Assembly (NCBI RefSeq): GCF_008189285.1 | Contig: NZ_CP043315.1 | Location: forward strand, 60,001-92,000 | DNA: 32,000 bases | Direction: 5' to 3' | Origin: Candidatus Saccharimonadota bacterium | Lineage (GTDB): Bacteria > Pseudomonadota > Alphaproteobacteria > CAJXXZ01 > 1604HC | Shown here: positions 1-9,122 of the stretch, one piece after another | Position numbering within the stretch: position 1 is the stretch's first letter | Layout of the letters: each line of letters opens with the position of its first letter | Translations under genes and position numbers: made by a program | The notes under the pieces: model-generated | What the model saw: the letters and a program-made list of their open reading frames with translations, nothing else | Database searches by the model: none | Told to the model about the DNA's origin: nothing

Positions 1-1252
1 CTTTCTTTAAATCAACTCCTGATTTTTTCATTTCCCATAATGGGCTCATTTCGCGTAATTCATTTACAGTTCTAATTGCATCATTTGCAAAATTATCCAT
101 ATCTTCTTCAGTAGTATATATTCCCATAACTATTCTTAATGAAGTATGTATAAGCCCTTCATCGACTCCTATTGCTTCTAAAACATAAGAAGGTTGCAAA
201 GTTGTAGATGAGCATGCAGAAGCAGATGACATGGCATAATTTTTTAATTTCATCATGATTGCCTCTCCCTCTATATGTGCAAAACTAAGATTCATGTTAT
301 GTGGAATTCTTTGCTCTGAATCTCCATTTAAATATATATCTTCCAAAGAGGACATAATCTTATTCAATGTTTTTTCTTGCAAATTTTTCATGCGATTCCA
401 CTCAGATTCTCGTTCCAATTCTGCAAGTTCAGCAGCTTTTGCCATTCCAACACATAATTGAACAGGGACAGTTCCAGATCTGATTCCTTTTTCTTGTCTT
501 CCTCCAAACACGATAGGAGAAACTCTAGTTTTTTTCTTAATATATAGAGCTCCTATTCCTTTTGGGCCATAAAATTTATGCGCAGAAAAGCTCATAAGAT
601 TTACGTAAATTTCTTGAAGATCTATTTTTATTCTTCCCACAGCTTGTGCTGCATCAACGTGGAAAAATACATTTTTAGCTTTACACATTTCTCCTATCGC
701 CTTTATTGGTTGAATTGTTCCTAATTCAGAATTTACCCAACCTACAGAAATTAGAATGGTGTTTTCTTTTATTGCATCATGTAATTTTTGCAAATCAATG
801 ATTCCATTTTTCTCGATTTCTATATAAGTTGTTTCTACATTATCTTGTTTATCCAATTCGTGAAATGTTTCAAGAGTTGCTTTGTGTTCGATATTTGTAG
901 TAATGATATGAACTTTATCCATGCCATTTTCTATCCTACTTTTTACTATTCCTTGAATTGAAATATTATTAGATTCTGTAGCTCCAGAAGTAAAAATTAA
1001 TTCTTTAGATTCGCAATTTATAACTTTTCCAATAATTTTCCTACTACTTTCTACTGAATCCGTTGCCTGCCATCCATATTGATGAGTAATCGAATGTGGA
1101 TTTCCTATGCATTTCAAATAAGAATCATATATTACTTTTGCTACTTCAGGACGACAAGGTGTAGTCGCGCTATAATCTAAGTAGATTTGTTGCTCAGAAG
1201 CATTTTGCTCCTGAGCTAGCCTTTTAGAGCTTTTTTCACTATTTATATTCAC
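1..1252 (-). CDS. iscS: cysteine desulfurase, IscS/NifS family (about the last 10 codons lie beyond the left window edge)
   Basis: The minus-strand frame is open from the window edge up to GTG at 1250-1252, preceded by AAGGAGA (1257-1263). The translation shows YLDYSATTP, TSGATESNN, the PLP-lysine context SAHKFYGPKGIG, GGRQEKGIRSGT, the active-site Cys loop SSASACSS and the C-terminal LREMSPLWEM. It is absent from the ORF track only because it runs off the window. Confidence 0.9.
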   Translation of the reverse strand, partial: MNINSEKSSKRLAQEQNASEQQIYLDYSATTPCRPEVAKVIYDSYLKCIGNPHSITHQYGWQATDSVESSRKIIGKVINCESKELIFTSGATESNNISIQGIVKSRIENGMDKVHIITTNIEHKATLETFHELDKQDNVETTYIEIEKNGIIDLQKLHDAIKENTILISVGWVNSELGTIQPIKAIGEMCKAKNVFFHVDAAQAVGRIKIDLQEIYVNLMSFSAHKFYGPKGIGALYIKKKTRVSPIVFGGRQEKGIRSGTVPVQLCVGMAKAAELAELERESEWNRMKNLQEKTLNKIMSSLEDIYLNGDSEQRIPHNMNLSFAHIEGEAIMMKLKNYAMSSASACSSTTLQPSYVLEAIGVDEGLIHTSLRIVMGIYTTEEDMDNFANDAIRTVNELREMSPLWEMKKSGVDLKK

Positions 1253-1450
1253 TATTTCTCCTTAAGTAATATTATAAAATTTAGAGAGAGCGGGCAAGGT
1301 TAATTATATTTTAATCTGTACTTGTATATTTATATAGAAATATTTGAAATTTATTTGTTGTTATTTTAATACAAATTAAAGACTTGATTAAGCTTTCATT
1401 AACTGTTAAAATAAATTGGTGCATTTTTATGTTCATTGTTAAAGGTGTTT

Positions 1451-2170
1451 ATGATTGTTAATAAAAATAAAAAGTATTCCAGTATTATGATACAAAGAAA
1501 ATATGGAGCTTTAGAAGGCAAGTATTCTAAGTGTGAAGCGAGTAATTTGGGAGGCAAATCAGCAGTGCTGATTCTTCATCCTGATTCTGCTTGTGGGGGA
1601 TCCATGAAGAATAAAGTTGTAAAAGTTCTTGGAGATGCATTTGCAACTCTAGATTTTGATGTTTTAAGGATAAATTTTCGAGGGGTTGGAAAATCTCAAG
1701 GAAAATATGATGGTGGAGTAGGAGAATTAGATGATGCATTGGATGCTATAGATTGGCTTAACTCTCAATATTATGATTTGGCAAATATTTGGGTAGCAGG
1801 GTTTGGATTTGGTGGATTAATTGCTATTAAATCTGTAATGAGGCGTCCAAATATCAACGGATTTATTTCTATCAGCCCTCCAAAAGAGAGTCAAGAATTA
1901 AACCCACTTACTCCATGCTCTAATGGATTATTGATTGTAGGAGAAAATGATCATACTGTTGAGCCAGATGTTGTAAAATCTTTGACTGAAATTCTTTCTT
2001 GTCAAAAGAATGCTTCGATAGATTATAAATGTGTTGATAGGGCTGATCATTATTTCTCAGATCACATGAATGAATTAGAAGATACAATTTATAACTACAT
2101 TCACGATAAAATGTTGTTAGATTCACCAATTTGCACAAAGAAAAAAAATAGAAAACTAAGCAGCTTATAA
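1451..2170 (+). CDS. alpha/beta-hydrolase-fold protein (COG2945-like), Gly at the nucleophile position
   Basis: Track ORF 1436..2170 starts at TTG. I prefer ATG 1451 (AAAGGTG 3 nt upstream); ATG 1487 is also possible. Fold pattern: AVLILHPDS..GGSM, RINFRGVGKSQG, elbow WVAGFGFGG, GENDHTV, ADHYF. Confidence 0.6.
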   Translation: MIVNKNKKYSSIMIQRKYGALEGKYSKCEASNLGGKSAVLILHPDSACGGSMKNKVVKVLGDAFATLDFDVLRINFRGVGKSQGKYDGGVGELDDALDAIDWLNSQYYDLANIWVAGFGFGGLIAIKSVMRRPNINGFISISPPKESQELNPLTPCSNGLLIVGENDHTVEPDVVKSLTEILSCQKNASIDYKCVDRADHYFSDHMNELEDTIYNYIHDKMLLDSPICTKKKNRKLSSL

Positions 2171-2213
2171 TATTTGTGTTGAAAAAATTGAAAAAATATT
2201 AGAAATTACTTGT

Positions 2214-3023
2214 ATGTATGAAAATTATATTGCAATTATCACTCCTTTCTATCATGGAAATATAGATTTTCCATCTTTGCATGTTTTCCTAGAAACAATT
2301 TATAAATCTGGAACTAGAAAAATTGTAGTTGGCGGAACGACAGGGGAGGGTATTTTGCTTACCAACTCAGAGAAAAAATCCATATTTACTCATATTAGAA
2401 AGCACTTCAATTTTGAAATTGTAGGGTGTTATTCTGATATTAGTGTAGTTAATTTTGATGAAGATGTTTATAATTTATGCGATAAAGTAATGATCTCTCC
2501 TCAGTATTTTATTAAGCCAAATATAGATTCGAAATTTGATTATATTAGCAACATAGCTGATAAATACGATAAGGAAATTATTATTTACAATAATCCATCT
2601 CGATTTTGCACAAATATAGATGAAGAATTGTATGATAAATTATATGAAATAGATAATATTGTAGGAATCAAAGAGGCTGGAAATATAGTTGATATAAAAA
2701 AATATGACAAATGGAAATGGTTTGGTGGAAATGATGATGCTATGGATATTTTTCAGAAAAATGGATTTAGCGGAATGATTAGCGCGGTTGGAAATTTATG
2801 CCCTAAATTGCTTGATAGTGCATGGAGTGATTTGAGTTATTTTAATGCATGGAAAAATATTTCTTTGGCAGTATTTGAATCTCCAAGCCCTTTGCTTATT
2901 AAATATTATCTTTATAAAGCGGGGATTATTTCATCCTATGAAACAAGATTCCATATAACTGACTCCAAATTAAATATGAAGTATAATGAATTAAAGGATG
3001 TTGTAGATAATGCTGCTGAATAG
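2214..3023 (+). CDS. dapA: 4-hydroxy-tetrahydrodipicolinate synthase-like (DapA family), short and divergent
   Basis: IAIITPF, GGTTGEG, IYNNPSRF and the Schiff-base lysine context VGIKEAG appear in the DapA order. At 269 aa it is shorter than typical DapA. Confidence 0.7.
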   Translation: MYENYIAIITPFYHGNIDFPSLHVFLETIYKSGTRKIVVGGTTGEGILLTNSEKKSIFTHIRKHFNFEIVGCYSDISVVNFDEDVYNLCDKVMISPQYFIKPNIDSKFDYISNIADKYDKEIIIYNNPSRFCTNIDEELYDKLYEIDNIVGIKEAGNIVDIKKYDKWKWFGGNDDAMDIFQKNGFSGMISAVGNLCPKLLDSAWSDLSYFNAWKNISLAVFESPSPLLIKYYLYKAGIISSYETRFHITDSKLNMKYNELKDVVDNAAE

Positions 3024-3435
3024 AAAAGCTAGATTTGATTACACGATTTTAAGCTCAATGGAGGCTGGAATTGTGTTGCTAGGAGGAGAAGTTAAGGTTT
3101 TGCGTAATGGCATGGGAGATATCATGCATAGCCATGTTATGCTGCATGATAATGAGGCATGGCTTATGAATATGCAAATTCCAGTTTACAAACAATCATC
3201 GATTAATTATGACGTGAGAAGAAATAGGAAGCTTTTGCTTAAGAAGAAACAAGTAAGGTCTCTTATTGGAAAAATGAAATTGAAAGGCGTGTCTGTTGTT
3301 CCATTAAAATTGTATTTTGTAAGAGGTTTAGTGAAAGTTGAAATAGGAACAGCTGAAGGTAAGAAGAAAGCAGATAAAAGACAAACAATTAAAGAAAGAG
3401 ATTTGCAAAGAGAGATGCAAAGAACAAAAATTTAA
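3010..3435 (+). CDS. smpB: SsrA-binding protein SmpB
   Basis: RKARFDYTILSSMEAGIVLLGGEVKVLRNG, then ...LLLKKKQV... and a basic C-terminal tail. ATG 3010 overlaps the dapA end by 14 nt. Confidence 0.9.
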   Translation: MLLNRKARFDYTILSSMEAGIVLLGGEVKVLRNGMGDIMHSHVMLHDNEAWLMNMQIPVYKQSSINYDVRRNRKLLLKKKQVRSLIGKMKLKGVSVVPLKLYFVRGLVKVEIGTAEGKKKADKRQTIKERDLQREMQRTKI

Positions 3436-3633
3436 TTGGCTCTATTTTCAATTAATTTCAATTTTTCAACTTACTTCTAATAGCTTTCGATATTTTCAAC
3501 ATTTTCATTTTTAGCTGACTAGTGACTAGATATTTCAATTTATCTAATAATTTTATATTTTTCGCCATTTTTATTTTATCTATGACTTAATGATTTTAAT
3601 TTATACTTTCAATTAATTTCAACTTTTCAACTT

Positions 3634-3675
3634 TTCAATTAATTTTTTAATTTTTTCAATTAATTTTTTAATTTT
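3634..3675. repeat. perfect 21-bp tandem duplication TTCAATTAATTTTTTAATTTT x2; the core TTCAATTAATTT also occurs at 3447 and 3608
   Basis: Direct reading: 3634-3654 is identical to 3655-3675. The 12-mer core recurs at 3447-3458 and 3608-3619. Confidence 0.9.
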
Positions 3676-3958
3676 CGATATAATATACAATCTTTTAATG
3701 GCTTTTTAGCAATTTGCTTTTTTATTCTTTAAATTTTTAAGTTTCATTTTTTAGCGATATGCTATTAATATCAAGTCTCGAATCTGTTTTCTTAATGAAA
3801 CGCTGAGGAGAAATAAATATTTCTCATATTTATTTTCCACTATTATTAAATATTTTTAGCTTTTTTGCTAAATTATACTGATAATTTGTGCAAATTGTTT
3901 GATAGATATATATTTTTATTAAATTGCGTGAAATTTAGATTATGTGAGTAGCTTAAAA

Positions 3959-4681
3959 TTAATCTTTGTTTAAATTATTTATATGAAATATAATTGACCT
4001 AATTTCATTTTTTGCTGAGATATTAGATATATTTAGTTTAGATGGAGGTAAATCAAATACAGTTTTGCCCTCATTAAATAATTCCTTGAATACAACTCTA
4101 TCTTTCACTCCAGAGCACAAAGAAAAACCAAGTGAACTTTGCATTTTTTTAAGCAATATCATGATCTTTCTTTGATTATTTGTTATTCTAACACTTAATT
4201 TGTTTGGAACTATAATCCATTTCAACTGTTCTTTTCTTTTTATTAATTTATGTTTTCTAGCATCCCAAATTATATTTGCATAGCATCCAGGTGTAAATTT
4301 TTTGTCTTCAGGGGAAAATTGACCAATAACATCCAGATCAAACCTGCTATCACTAATTGGGGTAAGGAAAATATCAGCAAGTTCGCATGCTTTTTTCATT
4401 GCATTATTTAAACTACCTGGAGTATCTATGATTATATAATCATATTTTTTATTGTCTTCAATAATTTGCTCAAGTTGATTTTCATCTTCTAGTTTTATAT
4501 GGTCAAATTTTGGATTTTCTTTATGCCTAAAATAGTTATTTAATGTGAATTGTGGTTTATCTATATCAATAGTAAGCACTTTACTGTTTGCACTTAAAGC
4601 TACAGCTAAATTAGCGCATATAGTGGATTTCCCTGTGCCCCCCTTGATATTGCTAACAGCTATAATTTTTGAATTCATCAT
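3959..4681 (-). CDS. mipZ: ParA/MinD-family ATPase, MipZ-like division-site regulator
   Basis: Deviant Walker A NIKGGTGKST, IIIDTPGS, LTPISDSRFDLDVIG, WIIVPNKL..NNQRK and GVKDRVVFKELF. These are collinear with Caulobacter MipZ motifs as I recall them (TPMNDSFVDFD, WVVLRNRL, LRDRVIYRELF). Confidence 0.75.
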   Translation of the reverse strand: MMNSKIIAVSNIKGGTGKSTICANLAVALSANSKVLTIDIDKPQFTLNNYFRHKENPKFDHIKLEDENQLEQIIEDNKKYDYIIIDTPGSLNNAMKKACELADIFLTPISDSRFDLDVIGQFSPEDKKFTPGCYANIIWDARKHKLIKRKEQLKWIIVPNKLSVRITNNQRKIMILLKKMQSSLGFSLCSGVKDRVVFKELFNEGKTVFDLPPSKLNISNISAKNEIRSIIFHINNLNKD

Positions 4682-4756
4682 TTAATTATAATTTAATTAT
4701 AATATTGTAACAATATTTAACAAAGGCCTTGCAAAAAGAATCAAATATGGTTAAGA

Positions 4757-6256
4757 ATGTATTTAATAGTTATGTTAGTATTTACAACTTTTTGGCACAG
4801 AATAAAACGCAGTTCCAAGATATTGTTTCCAATTAAAAGATCAGAATTTAGTTTATTTTTTTCAATATCATCTTTGATGTTATTAATTTTATTTAATACT
4901 TCCATATTAAAAACTTTAAAAGATACGTTAATAATTGCTGATAAAAATTCTGGCGCTGAAGTTGTTAATTTTCTGAAAATTTTTGTAGTTGTTCCTTTAT
5001 CTTTTATTTTTGTGTTCTTGTATAGCAAAGCGTGTAATTCAATAGATAATAGATTCATTTTTTATATAGTAATTGGATTTTTCACTGTTTTTCTTTTAAC
5101 ATTTGCATTGTTCTTATATCCTAACAGAGAATTTTTACACCCTTCATTAGAGAAAATAAATTATTTAAAATCTATGTATCCAAGATTAAAATGGATCATG
5201 CCTATTTATGGTTTATGGACTTATTCTTTATTTTATTCGTTTGCAGATTTATGGTGTAGCATGTGTTTAAGTCTTTTATTTTGGCAGTTTGCAAATCAAA
5301 TTATTTCCAAAGAGGATAGCAAAAGATTTTATGGGTCATTTGCAATAATAGGATATTTAGGATTAATAATTGCTGGATATGTTGTAAAATCTATATTTAA
5401 AATGACAAATGCAGTTAAGCTAAAAAATGTTACTAGCATAGTGAGTGAGAATGCCTTTGATACTAGATTAATAAAAATAATTTTAATAACTTGCGCTTGC
5501 AACTGTTTGATCATATCAATATATTATTTTATAACTCACCACTTATCGAAGAAAGCAATTTCTTTTGGAGTCAAAAAATCTAAAACATCCTTGCTAAATA
5601 GTTTTAAAATAATTTTTAAACAAAAACAGTTGATGTATATCATGTTCTTAGTATTTTGCTATAACTTTAGTATTAATGTAATTGAAGTTACATGGAAATC
5701 GCAATTGAAAAAATTTGCAGGAAACAAGTCTAATTACATTTTTTATGTTGGAACAATTAATCAAGTGGTAGGATATGCAACTATTTTTCTAGGGTTTATT
5801 TCCAACATAATGTTTCAGCGCTGTAGTTGGTTTACATGTGCTATGCTTACTCCTATTTTAGCTTGCTTTACTTCATTGCTATTTTTATCAAGCATTGCAA
5901 TAAAATATGTTGGATGGAAAACAATACTAGGATTTTCCTCTTTGGGTGTATGTGTTTTTGTTGGAATTGTTCATAATGTATTGAGCAAAAGTGGAAAATA
6001 TGTCTTCTTTGATCAAACTAAAGAAATGTCTTATATGCATTTGGATCAAGATTCAAAAACTAAAGGAAAAGCTGCAGTAGATGTTGCTGGAAGCAGGTTA
6101 TCCAAATCTTTAAGTGGTCAAATTCAAGCTATATTGCTTATTATTATCCCTAATTCTTCGCAGATAAAAATATTTCCTTATTTAGGGGCGCTGCTTATGT
6201 TAATATTTGCATTATGGTTCTGGTCTTTGAAAAAATTAGACAAAATGCATAAATAA
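4757..6256 (+). CDS. tlc: ATP/ADP translocase (nucleotide transporter, TLC/NTT family), paralog 1
   Basis: Multi-pass hydrophobic protein with TLC-family motifs GAEVVNFLK, YGLWTYSLFY, LLFWQFANQI, EVTWKSQ and KGKAAVDVAGSRLSKS. Confidence 0.9.
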   Translation: MYLIVMLVFTTFWHRIKRSSKILFPIKRSEFSLFFSISSLMLLILFNTSILKTLKDTLIIADKNSGAEVVNFLKIFVVVPLSFIFVFLYSKACNSIDNRFIFYIVIGFFTVFLLTFALFLYPNREFLHPSLEKINYLKSMYPRLKWIMPIYGLWTYSLFYSFADLWCSMCLSLLFWQFANQIISKEDSKRFYGSFAIIGYLGLIIAGYVVKSIFKMTNAVKLKNVTSIVSENAFDTRLIKIILITCACNCLIISIYYFITHHLSKKAISFGVKKSKTSLLNSFKIIFKQKQLMYIMFLVFCYNFSINVIEVTWKSQLKKFAGNKSNYIFYVGTINQVVGYATIFLGFISNIMFQRCSWFTCAMLTPILACFTSLLFLSSIAIKYVGWKTILGFSSLGVCVFVGIVHNVLSKSGKYVFFDQTKEMSYMHLDQDSKTKGKAAVDVAGSRLSKSLSGQIQAILLIIIPNSSQIKIFPYLGALLMLIFALWFWSLKKLDKMHK

Positions 6257-6351
6257 AATGAACTTGATATTTTTTGCAATTAATTTTCAGAAAATAAGAT
6301 TTATTTTATTAAATATTTTGAATACTGATAGATATTTGTTAGTATTATAAT

Positions 6352-7875
6352 ATGTCCGTAGCAACTGTATCTACTGTTTCATTTCGAGGAATGGATATTG
6401 TCAATATTGAAATCCAAGCTTATATTGGACCCGGATTGCCAGCATTTCATATTGTTGGATTGGCAGATAAAGCTGTTACAGAATCTAGAGAAAGAATTAG
6501 ATCTGCCTTTCAATCTATAGGATTAGCTTTGCCTGCAAAAAGAATTGTTATTAATATGTCTCCTGCAGACATTCAAAAAGAAGGAAATCATTATGACTTG
6601 CCAATTATACTTGCTATATTGGGAGCTCTGGATATTATTTCAAAAGATTATTTGAATGAGTGGATAATTATGGGAGAAATTTCATTAGATGCAAAAATCA
6701 ACCATGTTGCTGGATCTTTATTAGCTGCAGTTCATGCTGCGCATTTGAAAAAAGGATTAATTTGCCCATCTACTTGTGCAGGAGAAGCAAAATGGGGAGG
6801 AGATTTGAAAATTTTAGCTCCATCCAACTTAGTTCAATTGATGAATCACATTAAAGGAATTCAAATTTGCTTAGAGCCACATTATGAAGAAGAGAAAAAA
6901 ATACATGAAGCAAAAGATTTTAGCGAAGTTAGAGGTCATGAATCAATTAAGAGAGCGCTAGAGGTTGCAGCTGCAGGGCGTCACCATGTTTTGATGATTG
7001 GCCCTCCAGGTGCAGGAAAATCTATGTTAGCATCTAGAATGAATACTATTTTGCCAGAATTAACTCCAAGAGAAGCATTGGAAGTTTCTATGATTTATAG
7101 TATTTCTAATTTAAATAAAGCTGGATTAATTAAGCGTAGACCATTTAGGTCTCCTCATCATAATTCTTCTTTGCCTTCTGTAATTGGAGGAGGGCATAAA
7201 TGTCGCCCGGGAGAGATTTCATTAGCTCATCATGGGGTGTTATTTATGGATGAGCTTTCATTGTGGGCTCCATCAGTTTTGAATGGACTTAGAGAATCTA
7301 TTGAGACAGGAAATATTTTTGTAGCTAGAGCCAATGCAAGCATTAAGTATCCAGCCAGATTTCAGTTAATTGCTGCTATGAATCCTTGCATCTGTGGCCA
7401 TGCTTATGATTTAGAGAAAAGATGTTCGAAATTTCCTAATTGCTATACAAATTATCTCAATAAAATACCTGGACCTATTTGGGATAGATTTGGAATTATT
7501 GTCTCAATAGATAAGTTATCTCCTTGGGAATTGAGCGAAATTGGAGACAAGTCTAAGAGCAGTGCTGAAATGAAAGAAGTGGTTACTAGTGCAGTAAATG
7601 TTCAACAAAATAGATATAAAGATAAGGATTTCAAATGCAATAATGATGTTCCAAGTTCTAAAATAGATATATTGAATATATTGCAAGATTCAATGGATGT
7701 TATTAATAAATATGCAAAAAGTGTGGGAATGTCTAATAGGAGATATTATAATACTGCAAAAATTGCTCGCACAATTGCAGATATAGAGTCTAGCGAATTT
7801 GTTCAGATTCATCACATGCAGGAAGCGATTAGCTACAATATGTTTCAAAAGAGCTTGGTTAATATTTCTGAATGA
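6352..7875 (+). CDS. comM: Mg-chelatase-like AAA+ ATPase YifB/ComM
   Basis: N-terminal VGLADKAVTESRERIRSAF, Walker A GPPGAGKSM, Walker B GVLFMDEL, AAMNPC and a C-terminal helical domain (RRYYNTAKIARTIADIE). Confidence 0.9.
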   Translation: MSVATVSTVSFRGMDIVNIEIQAYIGPGLPAFHIVGLADKAVTESRERIRSAFQSIGLALPAKRIVINMSPADIQKEGNHYDLPIILAILGALDIISKDYLNEWIIMGEISLDAKINHVAGSLLAAVHAAHLKKGLICPSTCAGEAKWGGDLKILAPSNLVQLMNHIKGIQICLEPHYEEEKKIHEAKDFSEVRGHESIKRALEVAAAGRHHVLMIGPPGAGKSMLASRMNTILPELTPREALEVSMIYSISNLNKAGLIKRRPFRSPHHNSSLPSVIGGGHKCRPGEISLAHHGVLFMDELSLWAPSVLNGLRESIETGNIFVARANASIKYPARFQLIAAMNPCICGHAYDLEKRCSKFPNCYTNYLNKIPGPIWDRFGIIVSIDKLSPWELSEIGDKSKSSAEMKEVVTSAVNVQQNRYKDKDFKCNNDVPSSKIDILNILQDSMDVINKYAKSVGMSNRRYYNTAKIARTIADIESSEFVQIHHMQEAISYNMFQKSLVNISE

Positions 7876-8484
7876 TAATACTTTTTGCCAATTATTTTAT
7901 TTCTATATTTCTTAGTTTGCATATTGCATTAGAGATTTTCTTCTTTGCAGCAAGAAATGCTAATTGATTCATTTTGATGCTTTAAATATACCTTTTGGGG
8001 ATTTATTTGTTTAATCTGCAAGAAATCTAAAATTTTAAGAATTCTTCTAATTCATAGAAAATCGAGTTCATAAAAAAGCTCAAATATTATGATTTTGAAG
8101 CGATGAAAATATCAATTTTATTTTCAGGGTTTGGTTTTATCATTCAGGTTAATACAAATCATTTTTGCAAGATTTGATTTCATAATAAATCTAATTGCAA
8201 TTTTATTTTATAAATTTTAATTTGCATTGTGATTATGATTTGATTCCAAAACTTAATTAATTTTTAATTTATAAACCTAATTGTATGCAATGAATAATTT
8301 AAATTCTAAAATCTATATTTAATTAAACTTTAAAAAGGAGTTATTGCCCAATTAATATAAATTGTATTAATTTTCAATTATATGCATTTCTTAATTTCAT
8401 AGTTTTTATCTTATCAAATTTCAATTTATTTAAGACATTATTACAAAAAGAAAGTTTAACAGGAAGGCTTAGGTTTGTATTAAA

Positions 8485-8634
8485 ATTTATCTTATTTGTT
8501 AAATTCTCTGAGATTTTATTTAGAAAATAATTTGCATTATTTGATTTTCATATTTTACTATTTATCTTATTTGTTAAATTCTCTGAGATTTTATTTAGAA
8601 AATAATTTGCATTATTTGATTTTCATATTTTACT
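8485..8634. repeat. perfect 75-bp tandem duplication (8485-8559 = 8560-8634) spanning the stop codon and last ~12 codons of the ChpT-like gene
   Basis: A base-by-base comparison of the two copies found no mismatch over 75 bp. The flanking bases differ (8484 vs 8559, 8560 vs 8635). Confidence 0.9.
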
Positions 8635-9101
8635 GTTTTATCTTTAGATAATTGTCCAATTAAGTAAAAATAACAAGAATATGAAGAGAGATTTTTCAAA
8701 AAAAGACCAGATAACTCATCTTCATTTATTATAATATCTAATTCTACCATTGTTTCAGTTACGATTACTTTGCCTTTTTTTTGCTTTTGAAGGAAAACAA
8801 GACAAATAGTAAGTAATATTTGGGCTAAATTATCTAAATTTCTTGGAGTATTTTGAAAATCTAATTCAATATAATTAATTTTTTGAATAATCTTTTCAGC
8901 ATGATTTACAGTTAGATTGGAGCTAAATATGCTTCTAATAATATCTAAAACTTGCATTGCATGATTAATAGACTCTTTAATAATATCTTGTGATTCGCTA
9001 TCTATCTTTTGGTCTAATAGCATAGCAACTCCACCCAGCGGATTGATTAAATCATGAGATATTCTAGATATCAGAGTATTCATTAATATGTTTTTATTCA
9101 T
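8595..9101 (-). CDS. histidine phosphotransferase, ChpT-like (HisKA-like helix, no ATPase motifs recognised)
   Basis: N-terminal LISRISHDLINPLGGVAMLLDQ..SQDIIKESINHAMQVLDIIRSIF parallels Caulobacter ChpT LAARLCHDFISPASAIVSGLDLLED (recalled from memory). It is 168 aa and starts 21 nt downstream of the S1-like gene on the same strand. Confidence 0.55.
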   Translation of the reverse strand: MNKNILMNTLISRISHDLINPLGGVAMLLDQKIDSESQDIIKESINHAMQVLDIIRSIFSSNLTVNHAEKIIQKINYIELDFQNTPRNLDNLAQILLTICLVFLQKQKKGKVIVTETMVELDIIINEDELSGLFLKNLSSYSCYFYLIGQLSKDKTVKYENQIMQIIF

Positions 9102-9122
9102 GATGAATTTAATTGATACTTT

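Noticed and set aside
255-461. 68-aa plus-strand ORF from the track
   Set aside because: It lies entirely antisense within the well-supported iscS reading frame, and the sequence is low-complexity with no recognisable motifs.
3820-3845. DnaA-box-like TTTTCCACT and scattered TTAA-N7-TTAA (CtrA-like) matches in spacers, suggesting an origin
   Set aside because: These are single near-matches in very AT-rich DNA and are expected by chance. There is no cluster of boxes and no flanking origin-associated genes (dnaA, hemE) in the window.
3436-3958. tmRNA (ssrA) next to smpB
   Set aside because: There is no GC-rich acceptor/T-arm-like segment, no tag-reading-frame-like stretch and no terminal CCA context. 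The region is almost pure AT repeat. Only a covariance-model scan could settle it.
4741-5058. 105-aa minus-strand ORF overlapping the start of tlc paralog 1
   Set aside because: It is antisense to a gene with strong family motifs. It has no SD or motifs of its own, which is typical of a shadow ORF.
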